From Oscillospiraceae bacterium (GTDB lineage Bacteria; Bacillota; Clostridia; Oscillospirales; Oscillospiraceae), in NCBI GenBank assembly GCA_009784725.1, contig WQXS01000008.1, positions 15,186 to 79,185 of the forward strand: 64,000 nucleotides of DNA. The letters are read 5' to 3'. The notes below the pieces were generated by a model. It saw nothing but the letters and a program-made list of their open reading frames with translations, was not told the origin of the DNA and did not search any database. A program made the translations under genes and the position numbers. Shown piece after piece: positions 37,117-46,471 of this stretch (position 1 is the stretch's first letter; the number at the start of each line of letters is the position of its first letter).

Positions 37117-38031
37117 TTATAAATATTCTGTATAGTATTCTGCTCCGTCTGCTGCGATTAATACTATGATTTCATTTCTAGCCGTCCTGCAGTACATTTC
37201 AGCCGCTGCATAGACCATCCCTGCCGTCAAACCCGCATTTATTCCAAGCTCATTATTTAATAATCTGTATTTACTTATTGAGTCCTCGTCATGTATCGTG
37301 TACGAACCGCTGATTACATCTGCGTGTTTTATAATGTTTGCGGGTTTTCCGCGAAGACCCGCTCCGGATGAAATATAGGAACCTTCGTCTGTTCCGAAAA
37401 TAGTAGAACCGTACGGTTCTGCACCGAATACTTTTACCTTGTTGTTTGTGCGTTTGAAATACTCTCCTACACCCGAAACAGTTCCTCCCGAACCTACAGA
37501 GCAAAATATGCTCGTGACATTCCCGGACGTTTGCTGAAATATTTCATGTGCCGTTGTCTGCTGATGCACCCTTACACCGTCCTCATTATCGCATTGGTTC
37601 ACCCAAAAATGGGTACCTGCAGATACCAGTGCATCTGCACGCTGCATTCTTGATGTACGGGCATCAAGACCCGGCATTGTTGGTACTATTTCACAGTCAA
37701 CCCCGCGCACTAACAAAAGCTCGTACTTTATCGGAACAATTGTTTCGTCGAGCAGGCAAAAAAACGGTCTGCCTGCTTCCTTGCAGAAGAAATCCAATGC
37801 AAGACCCAGATTCCCCGAGGATGTTTCTATAATTGTACAGTCATGCGGAACCTTTAATCCGTTTACCAACGCATAGCCTGTTCTTGATTTTATACTTCCC
37901 AGAAAGTTTTCGGACTCCGGTTTGATATATATTTTATTGCCGTTAATCGAAGGCAATTCGTAGAGCGGAGTACGTCCAACTCCGTAATCATACATTGGCT
38001 TTAGCATTAATCCTTTCACATCTAAAGTCAA
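37117..38031 (-). CDS. PLP-dependent enzyme of the cysteine synthase/Trp-synthase-beta superfamily (SbnA-like)
   Basis: PLP-lysine context GSIKSR, SSGNLG loop, GSGGT loop. The start is uncertain (TTG 38031, or ATG 38007/37995). Confidence 0.8.
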   Translation of the reverse strand: MTLDVKGLMLKPMYDYGVGRTPLYELPSINGNKIYIKPESENFLGSIKSRTGYALVNGLKVPHDCTIIETSSGNLGLALDFFCKEAGRPFFCLLDETIVPIKYELLLVRGVDCEIVPTMPGLDARTSRMQRADALVSAGTHFWVNQCDNEDGVRVHQQTTAHEIFQQTSGNVTSIFCSVGSGGTVSGVGEYFKRTNNKVKVFGAEPYGSTIFGTDEGSYISSGAGLRGKPANIIKHADVISGSYTIHDEDSISKYRLLNNELGINAGLTAGMVYAAAEMYCRTARNEIIVLIAADGAEYYTEYL

Positions 38032-38081
38032 TTTTATTATCAGACGTTTAGATAAAATAATAAAGTATAACTAAGCTGTTC

Positions 38082-41000
38082 TTACTCCTCTCTTCTGTAA
38101 GTGGCTTTAAGCGTCGAAAGTGCCGAAAGCGCCGAATCAAAATCGAACTCATCCATAAAGTCCGCCATTTCCTCACTTCCGGATATTTGACGAAGATTGT
38201 CAATATAGTCCATGCATTCAAGGTTTTTGTCAATGAGCAACGGCTCAAGTTTTTCGAGCAGGTTTTGTGCATCCTCGCTCATCAGCGGCAGTGCGGCATC
38301 ATCTTGCTGTTTAAATTCGGCTATTACCGACTCAAGCTCTGCAATAACGGCGTCAAGTTCCTTTTTCAGGTTATCTGTTTGCTCGGAAGTAACAAGGTTC
38401 TCCCCGCCTTTAAGACTGTTTTCTATTTCTTCTGCCGCAATCTGCAGTAAAACCTTACTCAGCTGCCCTGCATTGCTTTTAAGTGTATGAGCAAGCCTGT
38501 GTGCAAGTGTTATATCTCCTGCATCCAACGCTTTTATAATTTCATCACAGGTATTTTTATTGTTTTTAACGAAGAACTCCTTCAATCGTCTTTGCACCTT
38601 TTCATCTGCCGTATCCTGACGCTGCGTATTAACGGATGTATAACCCTTTACGGGAATGTACGTCAGAAGACAGTTCCAAAGTTCCTGTGATGTAAACGGT
38701 TTTCCAAGGGTATCATACATCCCGCTGTTCTTGTAGATTTCCATATCATTTGACATTATGTTTGCCGTGAGTGCCACTATCGGGGATTTTATCTTAAGTT
38801 CCGTTATTTTGGAGGCTGCTTCAAGGCCGTCCATAACAGGCATGTGTATATCCATAAAAATCAAGTCAAATAATTTTTCATTTTTCTTTATCCGCTTTGT
38901 AACAATATCAACGCCTTCTTTTCCGTTGTTAGCCAAAACGGTCTTGATTCCGACTCTTGCAAGATGGTCGACAATAACCTGCTGATTGAGCCTGTTATCC
39001 TCGCAAACCAGAATCTCCGCTTCAAAATTTGGTCTTTCGAGCTCGCCGATAATAGTTTTTTTCGTCGACACCTCATCCTCGGCTTCGATTAAATCAAAAG
39101 TAATATTAAAGCTGAACTTGCTTCCGACTCCGGGTGTGCTTTCCACTGTTAGTATTCCGCCCATCAGTTCAATAAGGTTTTTGGTTATGCTGAGGCCAAG
39201 GCCGGTTCCGCCGAATCTTCTTGTTACCGTATCGTCCGCTTGTGTAAACGGGTCGAATATTCTGTCGATTTGCTCGGATGTCATACCGATTCCGCTGTCT
39301 TTTGTTTCAAAGTGAATGGTTGCTTTATCTTCGCTGTCGTCTTCAACAGATGCCAACAGTTTTATTATTCCGTTATTTGTAAACTTTATCGCATTGGAAA
39401 GAAGGTTGAGTAAAACCTGACGCAGCCTGACAGGATCACCGAGCAGTTTTTTCCCGATATACGGCTCTGCGTAGCAGTATAATGCGACTCCTTTTTCCTC
39501 GGCCTTCGGATTTATTGAGACCTGGCAATGAGAAAAAATGTCCGGTAAATCAAACGGGATTTTTTCAAGAACGATTTTTCCGGATTCAATTTTTGATATG
39601 TCAAGGATATCGTTGATGATGTTTAACAGCCATTTTGCACTGTCTTGAATATTGTCGAGATATTCCTTTGATTTTGCAGGCAAATCCCCATCCTGTGCAA
39701 GCTCGGAAAACCCGATTATACTGTTCATCGGTGTTCTTATTTCATGGCTCATGTTTGCAAGAAATGCCGATTTTGCGGAGTTTGCCGCTTCTGCGGCTTC
39801 GCGCGATTTTTCTATTTCGGCAAGGTGCCGTTTTTGCTCTCTTAAATCCCTGAGAAACTCGGCAACAAGATGCCTGTTTTTATGCTTTACGCGCACGAGT
39901 GTAGCCTCACACGGCAGCAGCTCTCCGCTTGAGGATTTATGCAGCCATTCCTGACGCACATAACCGTCATCGAACGCTTTTCGCACCATATCATGCTCGC
40001 CCGTATCGCTTTTTGTACCGTCGGGCTGGTACTCAGGTGAAAATTCTGCGTTTTTGTCCAAAGCTTCTATTTCTGTTACCCCGAAAAACTTCAAAGCTTC
40101 CTCGTTGCAGTTTACGACCTTAAGCTTTTCGTCCCATAAGATACAGCTCATCGGTGTTGAATCAAACATCAATCTTGCATATTCATCGGATGCCCGGATT
40201 TCATTCATCATATTTTGAAGCCGCTGCTCAATTGCCTTTGATATGAACATTGCGATAATCACACATGCGGCAAATACAAGAAGTGTTATTAAAACACCTA
40301 TAAGCACAAAGACTTGGATTTTCTGTACATCCTCTTGAGTATAGTACCCGACGAATACCATTCCGACAATCTCGTCATTTGCTCCGAAAAGAGGGATATA
40401 CTGAGCAAAAACATCCTTGTTAAAAAGTTGAATCCTGTCGAAAAACGGCTCGCCCGCAAGAACTTTTTCACTTACATATTCCGATGCTTTTGTACCGAGA
40501 ACGGATCTGCCTTCGTCGCCGGTCAGTGTTGAAGCAATACGTTCATCATGTAAAAATATCGTGACCTCACAGCCCGTTTCTTCTTTGAGCTTAAAAACAA
40601 AATTCTGGGTATCCAGCCGAAGACCCAGAGAAATTGCTCCTACAATATTCATGTTACCGTCGAAAACCGGCGAACCCGCCATAACACCTAGACGTACTGC
40701 GCTGCCGGGGACAATAAATGATTCAATCCTTCCTTCAAGAGCCGATGCAATCTGAGGCTGCTCCGTAAGATTATCACCGTAATTATCGTAATCATATGTC
40801 CGCAGAATTACATTGCCGTCACTGTCGAGAACCGTAATGAAATCCAGCAGTGCCATTGCTTGAAGGTCGCTTGCGATTTCCATTATCCTGTTTCGGTCAT
40901 TATTGATGATTGCTTCACTCAGGTTTTGATTATCCGAAACTGCAAAGGCTGCAAGACGTGCTTTTGCAACCATTTCATTTATTTCCGACTCAATCATGGT

Positions 41001-41138
41001 CATAGCAGTATCAACTTTTTCCCTCATGGAATCATTAAGTTCTCTGTTGAAGAGAATTATAGAGGAAACAAGCACGGCTGCACCGCAAATTACCACAAGG
41101 ATAACCATCGGGATAAGGATTCTACGTTTGATGTTCAT
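38082..41138 (-). CDS. Hybrid sensor histidine kinase (TM, Cache-like periplasmic domain, PAS, HisKA-HATPase, REC, Hpt)
   Basis: 1018 aa. H-box MSHEIRTPMNSI, G-box GGTGLGLSI, REC (DIHMPVMDG) and C-terminal Hpt motif HTLKSNAGQL. Confidence 0.92.
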   Translation of the reverse strand: MNIKRRILIPMVILVVICGAAVLVSSIILFNRELNDSMREKVDTAMTMIESEINEMVAKARLAAFAVSDNQNLSEAIINNDRNRIMEIASDLQAMALLDFITVLDSDGNVILRTYDYDNYGDNLTEQPQIASALEGRIESFIVPGSAVRLGVMAGSPVFDGNMNIVGAISLGLRLDTQNFVFKLKEETGCEVTIFLHDERIASTLTGDEGRSVLGTKASEYVSEKVLAGEPFFDRIQLFNKDVFAQYIPLFGANDEIVGMVFVGYYTQEDVQKIQVFVLIGVLITLLVFAACVIIAMFISKAIEQRLQNMMNEIRASDEYARLMFDSTPMSCILWDEKLKVVNCNEEALKFFGVTEIEALDKNAEFSPEYQPDGTKSDTGEHDMVRKAFDDGYVRQEWLHKSSSGELLPCEATLVRVKHKNRHLVAEFLRDLREQKRHLAEIEKSREAAEAANSAKSAFLANMSHEIRTPMNSIIGFSELAQDGDLPAKSKEYLDNIQDSAKWLLNIINDILDISKIESGKIVLEKIPFDLPDIFSHCQVSINPKAEEKGVALYCYAEPYIGKKLLGDPVRLRQVLLNLLSNAIKFTNNGIIKLLASVEDDSEDKATIHFETKDSGIGMTSEQIDRIFDPFTQADDTVTRRFGGTGLGLSITKNLIELMGGILTVESTPGVGSKFSFNITFDLIEAEDEVSTKKTIIGELERPNFEAEILVCEDNRLNQQVIVDHLARVGIKTVLANNGKEGVDIVTKRIKKNEKLFDLIFMDIHMPVMDGLEAASKITELKIKSPIVALTANIMSNDMEIYKNSGMYDTLGKPFTSQELWNCLLTYIPVKGYTSVNTQRQDTADEKVQRRLKEFFVKNNKNTCDEIIKALDAGDITLAHRLAHTLKSNAGQLSKVLLQIAAEEIENSLKGGENLVTSEQTDNLKKELDAVIAELESVIAEFKQQDDAALPLMSEDAQNLLEKLEPLLIDKNLECMDYIDNLRQISGSEEMADFMDEFDFDSALSALSTLKATYRREE

Positions 41139-41144
41139 AATAAA

Positions 41145-42140
41145 CTACTCCGCATTATATACAGCTAATTTCCATATCTCCAAGAGCCGGCCTTTTTCTT
41201 CGGTTGCGTTATTTGACATATCGGCATATCTGATATTCGACGGATAATTCGGAAGCGTAAACTCCCTGTCCTTGTATATTCTTTCGGGGCAGAACAGAAC
41301 CTTGTCCATTTCCGTCCATCGGTTAACAATATAATCAAAAACCTCTTTGACTTCCTTTCGTTTTTCTCTGCCTTCAATCAGTGACAACCCGTACAGAGAA
41401 AACGGGGAACCTTCTTCAAAGAAAAGAATACGAAGCGGGAAACCGTTATTAATTTCACCGACAGTTTGCGCTGTCATTGCAAAACCAATTGCAACCTCTC
41501 CTTCGATTAATGCATTTACAGGTCCTGAACCCGAGCTTGTAAAACCGAGAATATTTTCCGAAAGCTTTGTAAAATAATCAAAAGCCTCCTGTTCACCCCA
41601 TGCGTTAACAAGGCTTTTTAAGAACATATATCCCGTTCCCGACGACTGGGGGTTCGGCATTGAAATCAGACCTTTATACTCGGGCTTCAGTAAATCCTCA
41701 TAACTTTCGGGTATCGGCAGATTCTTATCGGAAATTACAGTTCTGTTAATTGCGATACAGCCGCCGTTGCGGTACCAGGGCAGCCATCTTTGTACTTCGG
41801 GAATCATGTCATCGGTATATATATCTGTATTATAACCGGATAAATCGGCAAGCATATCTGATATACGTGCAAGATTTGCATACTCCATTTCACCGATAAT
41901 ATCACCATTCGTCTGCGTTCCTTCGTCATTTAGTTTTGTAAGCAGCTCTCCTGTCGAGAAATATTCAATGATAATTTCATAGTTCGGAAATTGCGAATCC
42001 AGATCCGCCTGCATTGCTGCTATGCGGTTATCCTCTGCACTTGTATAAATTACAACAGTCGGTCTTGCACTCCCTCCGCATGCGGATATAGTAAAAATCA
42101 GACAAACAGTAGCAATTAATATCAGTATTTTCTTCATCAA
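41145..42140 (-). CDS. Extracellular solute-binding lipoprotein (family-1 SBP) without a cognate ABC permease/ATPase
   Basis: 331 aa, lipobox FTISAC, PotD/iron-type SBP look. It ends 7 nt upstream of the hybrid kinase start. Confidence 0.8.
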   Translation of the reverse strand: MMKKILILIATVCLIFTISACGGSARPTVVIYTSAEDNRIAAMQADLDSQFPNYEIIIEYFSTGELLTKLNDEGTQTNGDIIGEMEYANLARISDMLADLSGYNTDIYTDDMIPEVQRWLPWYRNGGCIAINRTVISDKNLPIPESYEDLLKPEYKGLISMPNPQSSGTGYMFLKSLVNAWGEQEAFDYFTKLSENILGFTSSGSGPVNALIEGEVAIGFAMTAQTVGEINNGFPLRILFFEEGSPFSLYGLSLIEGREKRKEVKEVFDYIVNRWTEMDKVLFCPERIYKDREFTLPNYPSNIRYADMSNNATEEKGRLLEIWKLAVYNAE

Positions 42141-42358
42141 ACAAATCTCTCCTCTTTTAATCGCTCTACTTTATCATAATTTGTATATAAAAAACAACCT
42201 TTAATCTGTTGATTTGCATATGAATTATTTAACATTTCATGCAATTAAATCAGCACTTTACATTCAATATATTGACTTTATTATTTTTATAGTGCATTCT
42301 ATAAAACGTAAATCAAATAATCCCCGTGAATTTTACAATGCAAAGGTGACAAACAAAT

Positions 42359-44302
42359 ATGAGTGATACCAAAGTTTACAGTATTCTTATTATTGATGAT
42401 GAGCCAAGCAATATTTATGAACTGACAAAAATTCTGGAATCCGAATATACAATAACTGCCGTTTTAAACAGTAAGGAAGCTGTTGAAAAAGCAAATGCTA
42501 TAGTCCCGGACTTAATTTTGCTTGATATTCTTATGCCCGGAATGGACGGGTTTGAAGTTATAAAAGCATTAAAAAAATCCGAAATAACCTGCGATATCCC
42601 TGTAATATTTATTACGGGCCTCAGTGGTGAGGATGCAGAAATGAAGGGACTTTCCCTCGGTGCCGTAGATTATATTACAAAACCATTTCAGCATTCACTA
42701 GTGAAAATCAGAGTCAAAAACCAAGTTAATGTACTTACATCTCTTATAAAAGTAAGAGATATCTATAGAATGAATAATAAAACACTTGGTGCGCTTGAGA
42801 GTATATTAAACGGTCTTGAAGCGATGATTTATGCTACAGTTCCGGATACGGGTGAAATTGTTTTTATAAATGATTTAATGAAAAAGCACTATAATGTTAA
42901 AGGTACCGGAATCGGTCAGCTTTGTTACAAGGTTTTCCAGAAGGGACTGGATGAGCGTTGTGATTTCTGCCCGTGTTTTCAACTGGAAAAAGACCCCGAT
43001 GCAATTGTTGTTTGGGAGGAAAACAGCACACTGACAAAACGAACCTACCGGAATACCGACAGGTTAATTAAGTGGATTGACGGAAGTGTCATTCATCTGC
43101 AGCATTCTGTTGATGTTACCGAAATAGCCGCTGCAAGAGAGCAGGCGCAGGCAGCAAGCCGGGCAAAAAGTGATTTTCTTGCAAATATGAGCCACGAAAT
43201 GCGTACACCTCTTAATGCAATTATCGGTATGACTCTCATCGGAAAAAACACACATGATTTAGACAGAAAAGAGCAGGCACTCAATAAAATCGGTGATGCG
43301 TCGGCGCATTTGCTCGGTGTTGTCAGCGATATTCTCGATATGGCAAAAATTGAAGCAGATAAGCTGGAATTAATCCCTGCCGAGTTTAACTTCGAAAGGA
43401 TGATAAATAAGGTTCTCAGTGTCGTTCACTTCAGAGCGGATGAGAAAAAACATACCCTGACCGTCAGTATTGATAATGAAATACCGCAGTTTCTTATTGG
43501 CGATGACCAGCGGCTTGCTCAGGTTATAGCAAACCTGCTTTCAAATGCCGTTAAGTTTACACCTGTCGGCGGGAAAATCTGTTTAAATGCTGTTCTAAAT
43601 GAAAAATCCAACGGTAACTGTAAACTGCTTATAGAGGTTTCCGATAACGGAATCGGTGTATCTCCGGAGCAGCAGGAAAAACTTTTTGATGCTTTTGAGC
43701 AGGTTGACCAGGGAACAAACCGCGAATACGGCGGCACAGGTCTTGGGCTTTCCATTACAAAACGTATTGTTGAGCTCATGGGCGGTGAAATTTGGATTGA
43801 TTCGAAAAAAGATAAGGGTACAAAAATTTCATTTACCATAAATGCCGCAACCGGTGAAAAAAGTTCCGGGAAACAAATGCAGGCAGGTCATGAGGATGTT
43901 TATTCATTTACGGCAATCCAAGGCTCATTCGCCGGTAAAAATTTACTTGTTGTCGAGGATGTTGAAATTAACCGCGAGATTCTTATCGCTTTGCTTGAGG
44001 ATACGGAAATTTCCATTGATTGTGCCGAAAACGGCATAGAGGCATTAAATATAATTGCCGCCGAGTATGAAAAATATGACATGGTATTTATGGACCTGCA
44101 AATGCCGCAAATGGGAGGACTTGAAGCTGCAAAGCTTATCCGTGAGCTTCCCGAAAGAAAACGCGGAAGGCTTCCTATAATTGCAATGACCGCAAATGTT
44201 TTCCAGGACGATATTAATGCGTGTATGGAAGCGGGAATGGACGGTCATTTAAGCAAGCCGCTTGACATTGAAAAAGTTTTGGATATACTGAAAAAAATAT
44301 AA
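42359..44302 (+). CDS. Hybrid histidine kinase with REC domains at both ends (REC-PAS-HisKA-HATPase-REC)
   Basis: 647 aa. N-terminal REC (LLDILMPGMDG), H-box MSHEMRTPLNAI, GGTGLGLSI, C-terminal REC (FMDLQMPQMGG). Confidence 0.92.
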   Translation: MSDTKVYSILIIDDEPSNIYELTKILESEYTITAVLNSKEAVEKANAIVPDLILLDILMPGMDGFEVIKALKKSEITCDIPVIFITGLSGEDAEMKGLSLGAVDYITKPFQHSLVKIRVKNQVNVLTSLIKVRDIYRMNNKTLGALESILNGLEAMIYATVPDTGEIVFINDLMKKHYNVKGTGIGQLCYKVFQKGLDERCDFCPCFQLEKDPDAIVVWEENSTLTKRTYRNTDRLIKWIDGSVIHLQHSVDVTEIAAAREQAQAASRAKSDFLANMSHEMRTPLNAIIGMTLIGKNTHDLDRKEQALNKIGDASAHLLGVVSDILDMAKIEADKLELIPAEFNFERMINKVLSVVHFRADEKKHTLTVSIDNEIPQFLIGDDQRLAQVIANLLSNAVKFTPVGGKICLNAVLNEKSNGNCKLLIEVSDNGIGVSPEQQEKLFDAFEQVDQGTNREYGGTGLGLSITKRIVELMGGEIWIDSKKDKGTKISFTINAATGEKSSGKQMQAGHEDVYSFTAIQGSFAGKNLLVVEDVEINREILIALLEDTEISIDCAENGIEALNIIAAEYEKYDMVFMDLQMPQMGGLEAAKLIRELPERKRGRLPIIAMTANVFQDDINACMEAGMDGHLSKPLDIEKVLDILKKI

Positions 44303-44323
44303 GAAATACAGGAGGTTTAATTT

Positions 44324-45133
44324 ATGCTTTGGGATGAACTTACGTCTAAGGATTTTGAAAAGGCGGTTGATAAATGCGATGGTGTCTGTGTACTTCCTAT
44401 GGGAGTACTTGAAAAACACGGTGACCATTTACCGCTCGGAACAGATATGTATATTGCAACCGAAACGGTAAAGGCAGCCGCTCAAAAATCACCCGCTGTC
44501 GTTTTCCCGTACTATTTTATGGGACAGATTCTGGAAGCGCGTCATGCTTCGGGAACAATTGCACCGTCTCATAACCTGATTATGGATACCCTGCTTGTAA
44601 TGTGTGATGAAATACACCGTAACGGGTTTAAAAAAATCCTGCTCCTGAGCGGGCATGGCGGAAATTACCACTTTTTACCGTTTTTCGCACAAATGTTCCC
44701 GGGACTCAACAGAGATTATGCTGTCTATACCGCTTATATTCATGACGGGTCTCTCGAGGAGCTTAAGGAAATTCAGGATAAAACAGGTATGACGGACATG
44801 GGTGGCCATGGGGGATTTTATGAAACCGCTCTCATTGAATATCTGCGTCCCGAGCTTGTTCATATGGACAGAGTTAAGGTTGAAGAAAGCGCAGCTATGG
44901 GAAGGCTTGATAAAGTAAAAGAAGCCGGTGTTTATTCCGGCTTTGGATGGTATGCGGATTATCCTCATCATTTTGCCGGCGACCCGACCGGTTCAAGCAG
45001 TGAAAACGGTAAGATTATATTCGATATAGTTACCCGCAGGCTTGTAAGGCTCATTAATGCCGTAAAAGAGGATGATGTTACGTTAAAGCTTATTAAAGAG
45101 TTTAACGGCAGGACAGATAATCCAAAGGGATAG
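44324..45133 (+). CDS. Creatininase family amidohydrolase
   Basis: 269 aa, LPMGVLEKHGDHLPLGTD motif. AGGAGG RBS, 21 nt after the kinase stop. Confidence 0.85.
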   Translation: MLWDELTSKDFEKAVDKCDGVCVLPMGVLEKHGDHLPLGTDMYIATETVKAAAQKSPAVVFPYYFMGQILEARHASGTIAPSHNLIMDTLLVMCDEIHRNGFKKILLLSGHGGNYHFLPFFAQMFPGLNRDYAVYTAYIHDGSLEELKEIQDKTGMTDMGGHGGFYETALIEYLRPELVHMDRVKVEESAAMGRLDKVKEAGVYSGFGWYADYPHHFAGDPTGSSSENGKIIFDIVTRRLVRLINAVKEDDVTLKLIKEFNGRTDNPKG

Positions 45134-45176
45134 CTTTTGCAGTTACAGCTTGTTTCATCCATGCTTTAGATATCGG

Positions 45177-46469
45177 CTATTTTATCAGCTCGTCAACCGC
45201 TAACATGATTCCGAGTTTACCCGATTCGAATGTCAAACCGCCCTGTATGTAAACATTATAGGGTTCCCGCAGCGGTCCGTCCGCCGAAAGTTCAATTGTT
45301 GCACCCTGGTTGAATGCTCCGGCTGCCATAATTACGGGGTAATCATATCCCGGCATATCCGAGGGTATCGGTGCAGCAAACGAATCAACGGGCGAGGCTT
45401 TTTGGATACCTTTGCAAAACCTGTCAAGGAGCTCGGGAGAGTTAAACTCGACAACCTGAACTATATCCGAACGGAAATCATCATATTTCGGAAATGTTTT
45501 ATATCCGCAAAGCTCAAGCAGCCGTGATGCAAACACGGCTGTTTTTAATGCCTGTGCAACAGTGTGCGGAGCCATAAACAGACCCTGATAATACTGTCTG
45601 TACCCTTCGGGTGTTGCACCGCATTCTCCTCCGATACCGGGAGCTGTTTGTCTGTAAGCCGCCGCTTCAATAAGGTCTTCTCTGCCGGCAATATATCCGC
45701 CTCTCGGTGCAATTCCTCCGCCGGGCCCCTTAATCAGCGAGCCTGCCATTAAATCGGCTCCGGCATTCCCGGGTTCAATAATTTCGGTGAACTCACCGTA
45801 ACAGTTGTCTACAAAAATATTAATATTTTTATTTATGCTGCGCACGGCTTTGCAAATCTCTCCAATTTCGCTTACCGTAATTGCACGGCGAGAGGAATAA
45901 CCTCTTGAGCGTTGAATAAGTATTGCTCCGATTTCTCCGCTGTTCTGTGCTCCGCTTCGCTGAACTGCATCTGTAATTGCGCTGATATCAGGCGTTCCGT
46001 CCTCGGTTAAATCCACTTGTGAATATGATATCCCGTAATCTTTTAGAGAACCTTTTAAGCTGTCGGTACTGCCGCCGCCGTTGCTGTTTATGCCTATAAC
46101 TCCGTGCAGCGTATCATACGGTATCCCCGTTACGGATAAAAGTGTCTGCCCCGGTGAAAGAGATGCAAATAACGCCGTTGTTATTGCATGTGTACCGCTT
46201 ACAAACCCGGTCCGCACAAGTGCCGCAGGGGTTCCCATAATATCGGCAAACAATAAATCAAGTGTTTCCCTGCCTTTATCGTTATAACCATACCCTGTTG
46301 TTCCTGCAAAACAAACATCGGATACACGGTGGCGTTGAAATGCGGCGAGCACCTTTTCGGTATTTGCTTGTGCTATTTCGTCTATTTCTGCAAACACAGG
46401 CCGTATATCAAACATCACCTTATCCGAAAGGTCGAGAATTTTAGCAGATAGCTGAAAGTGATTCCCCAC
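45177..46469 (-). CDS. ynbB: Methionine gamma-lyase family protein (YnbB / aluminium-resistance type)
   Basis: 430 aa. N-terminus and layout typical of the YnbB PLP family. GTG start. Confidence 0.8.
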   Translation of the reverse strand: MGNHFQLSAKILDLSDKVMFDIRPVFAEIDEIAQANTEKVLAAFQRHRVSDVCFAGTTGYGYNDKGRETLDLLFADIMGTPAALVRTGFVSGTHAITTALFASLSPGQTLLSVTGIPYDTLHGVIGINSNGGGSTDSLKGSLKDYGISYSQVDLTEDGTPDISAITDAVQRSGAQNSGEIGAILIQRSRGYSSRRAITVSEIGEICKAVRSINKNINIFVDNCYGEFTEIIEPGNAGADLMAGSLIKGPGGGIAPRGGYIAGREDLIEAAAYRQTAPGIGGECGATPEGYRQYYQGLFMAPHTVAQALKTAVFASRLLELCGYKTFPKYDDFRSDIVQVVEFNSPELLDRFCKGIQKASPVDSFAAPIPSDMPGYDYPVIMAAGAFNQGATIELSADGPLREPYNVYIQGGLTFESGKLGIMLAVDELIK

Positions 46470-46471
46470 GT

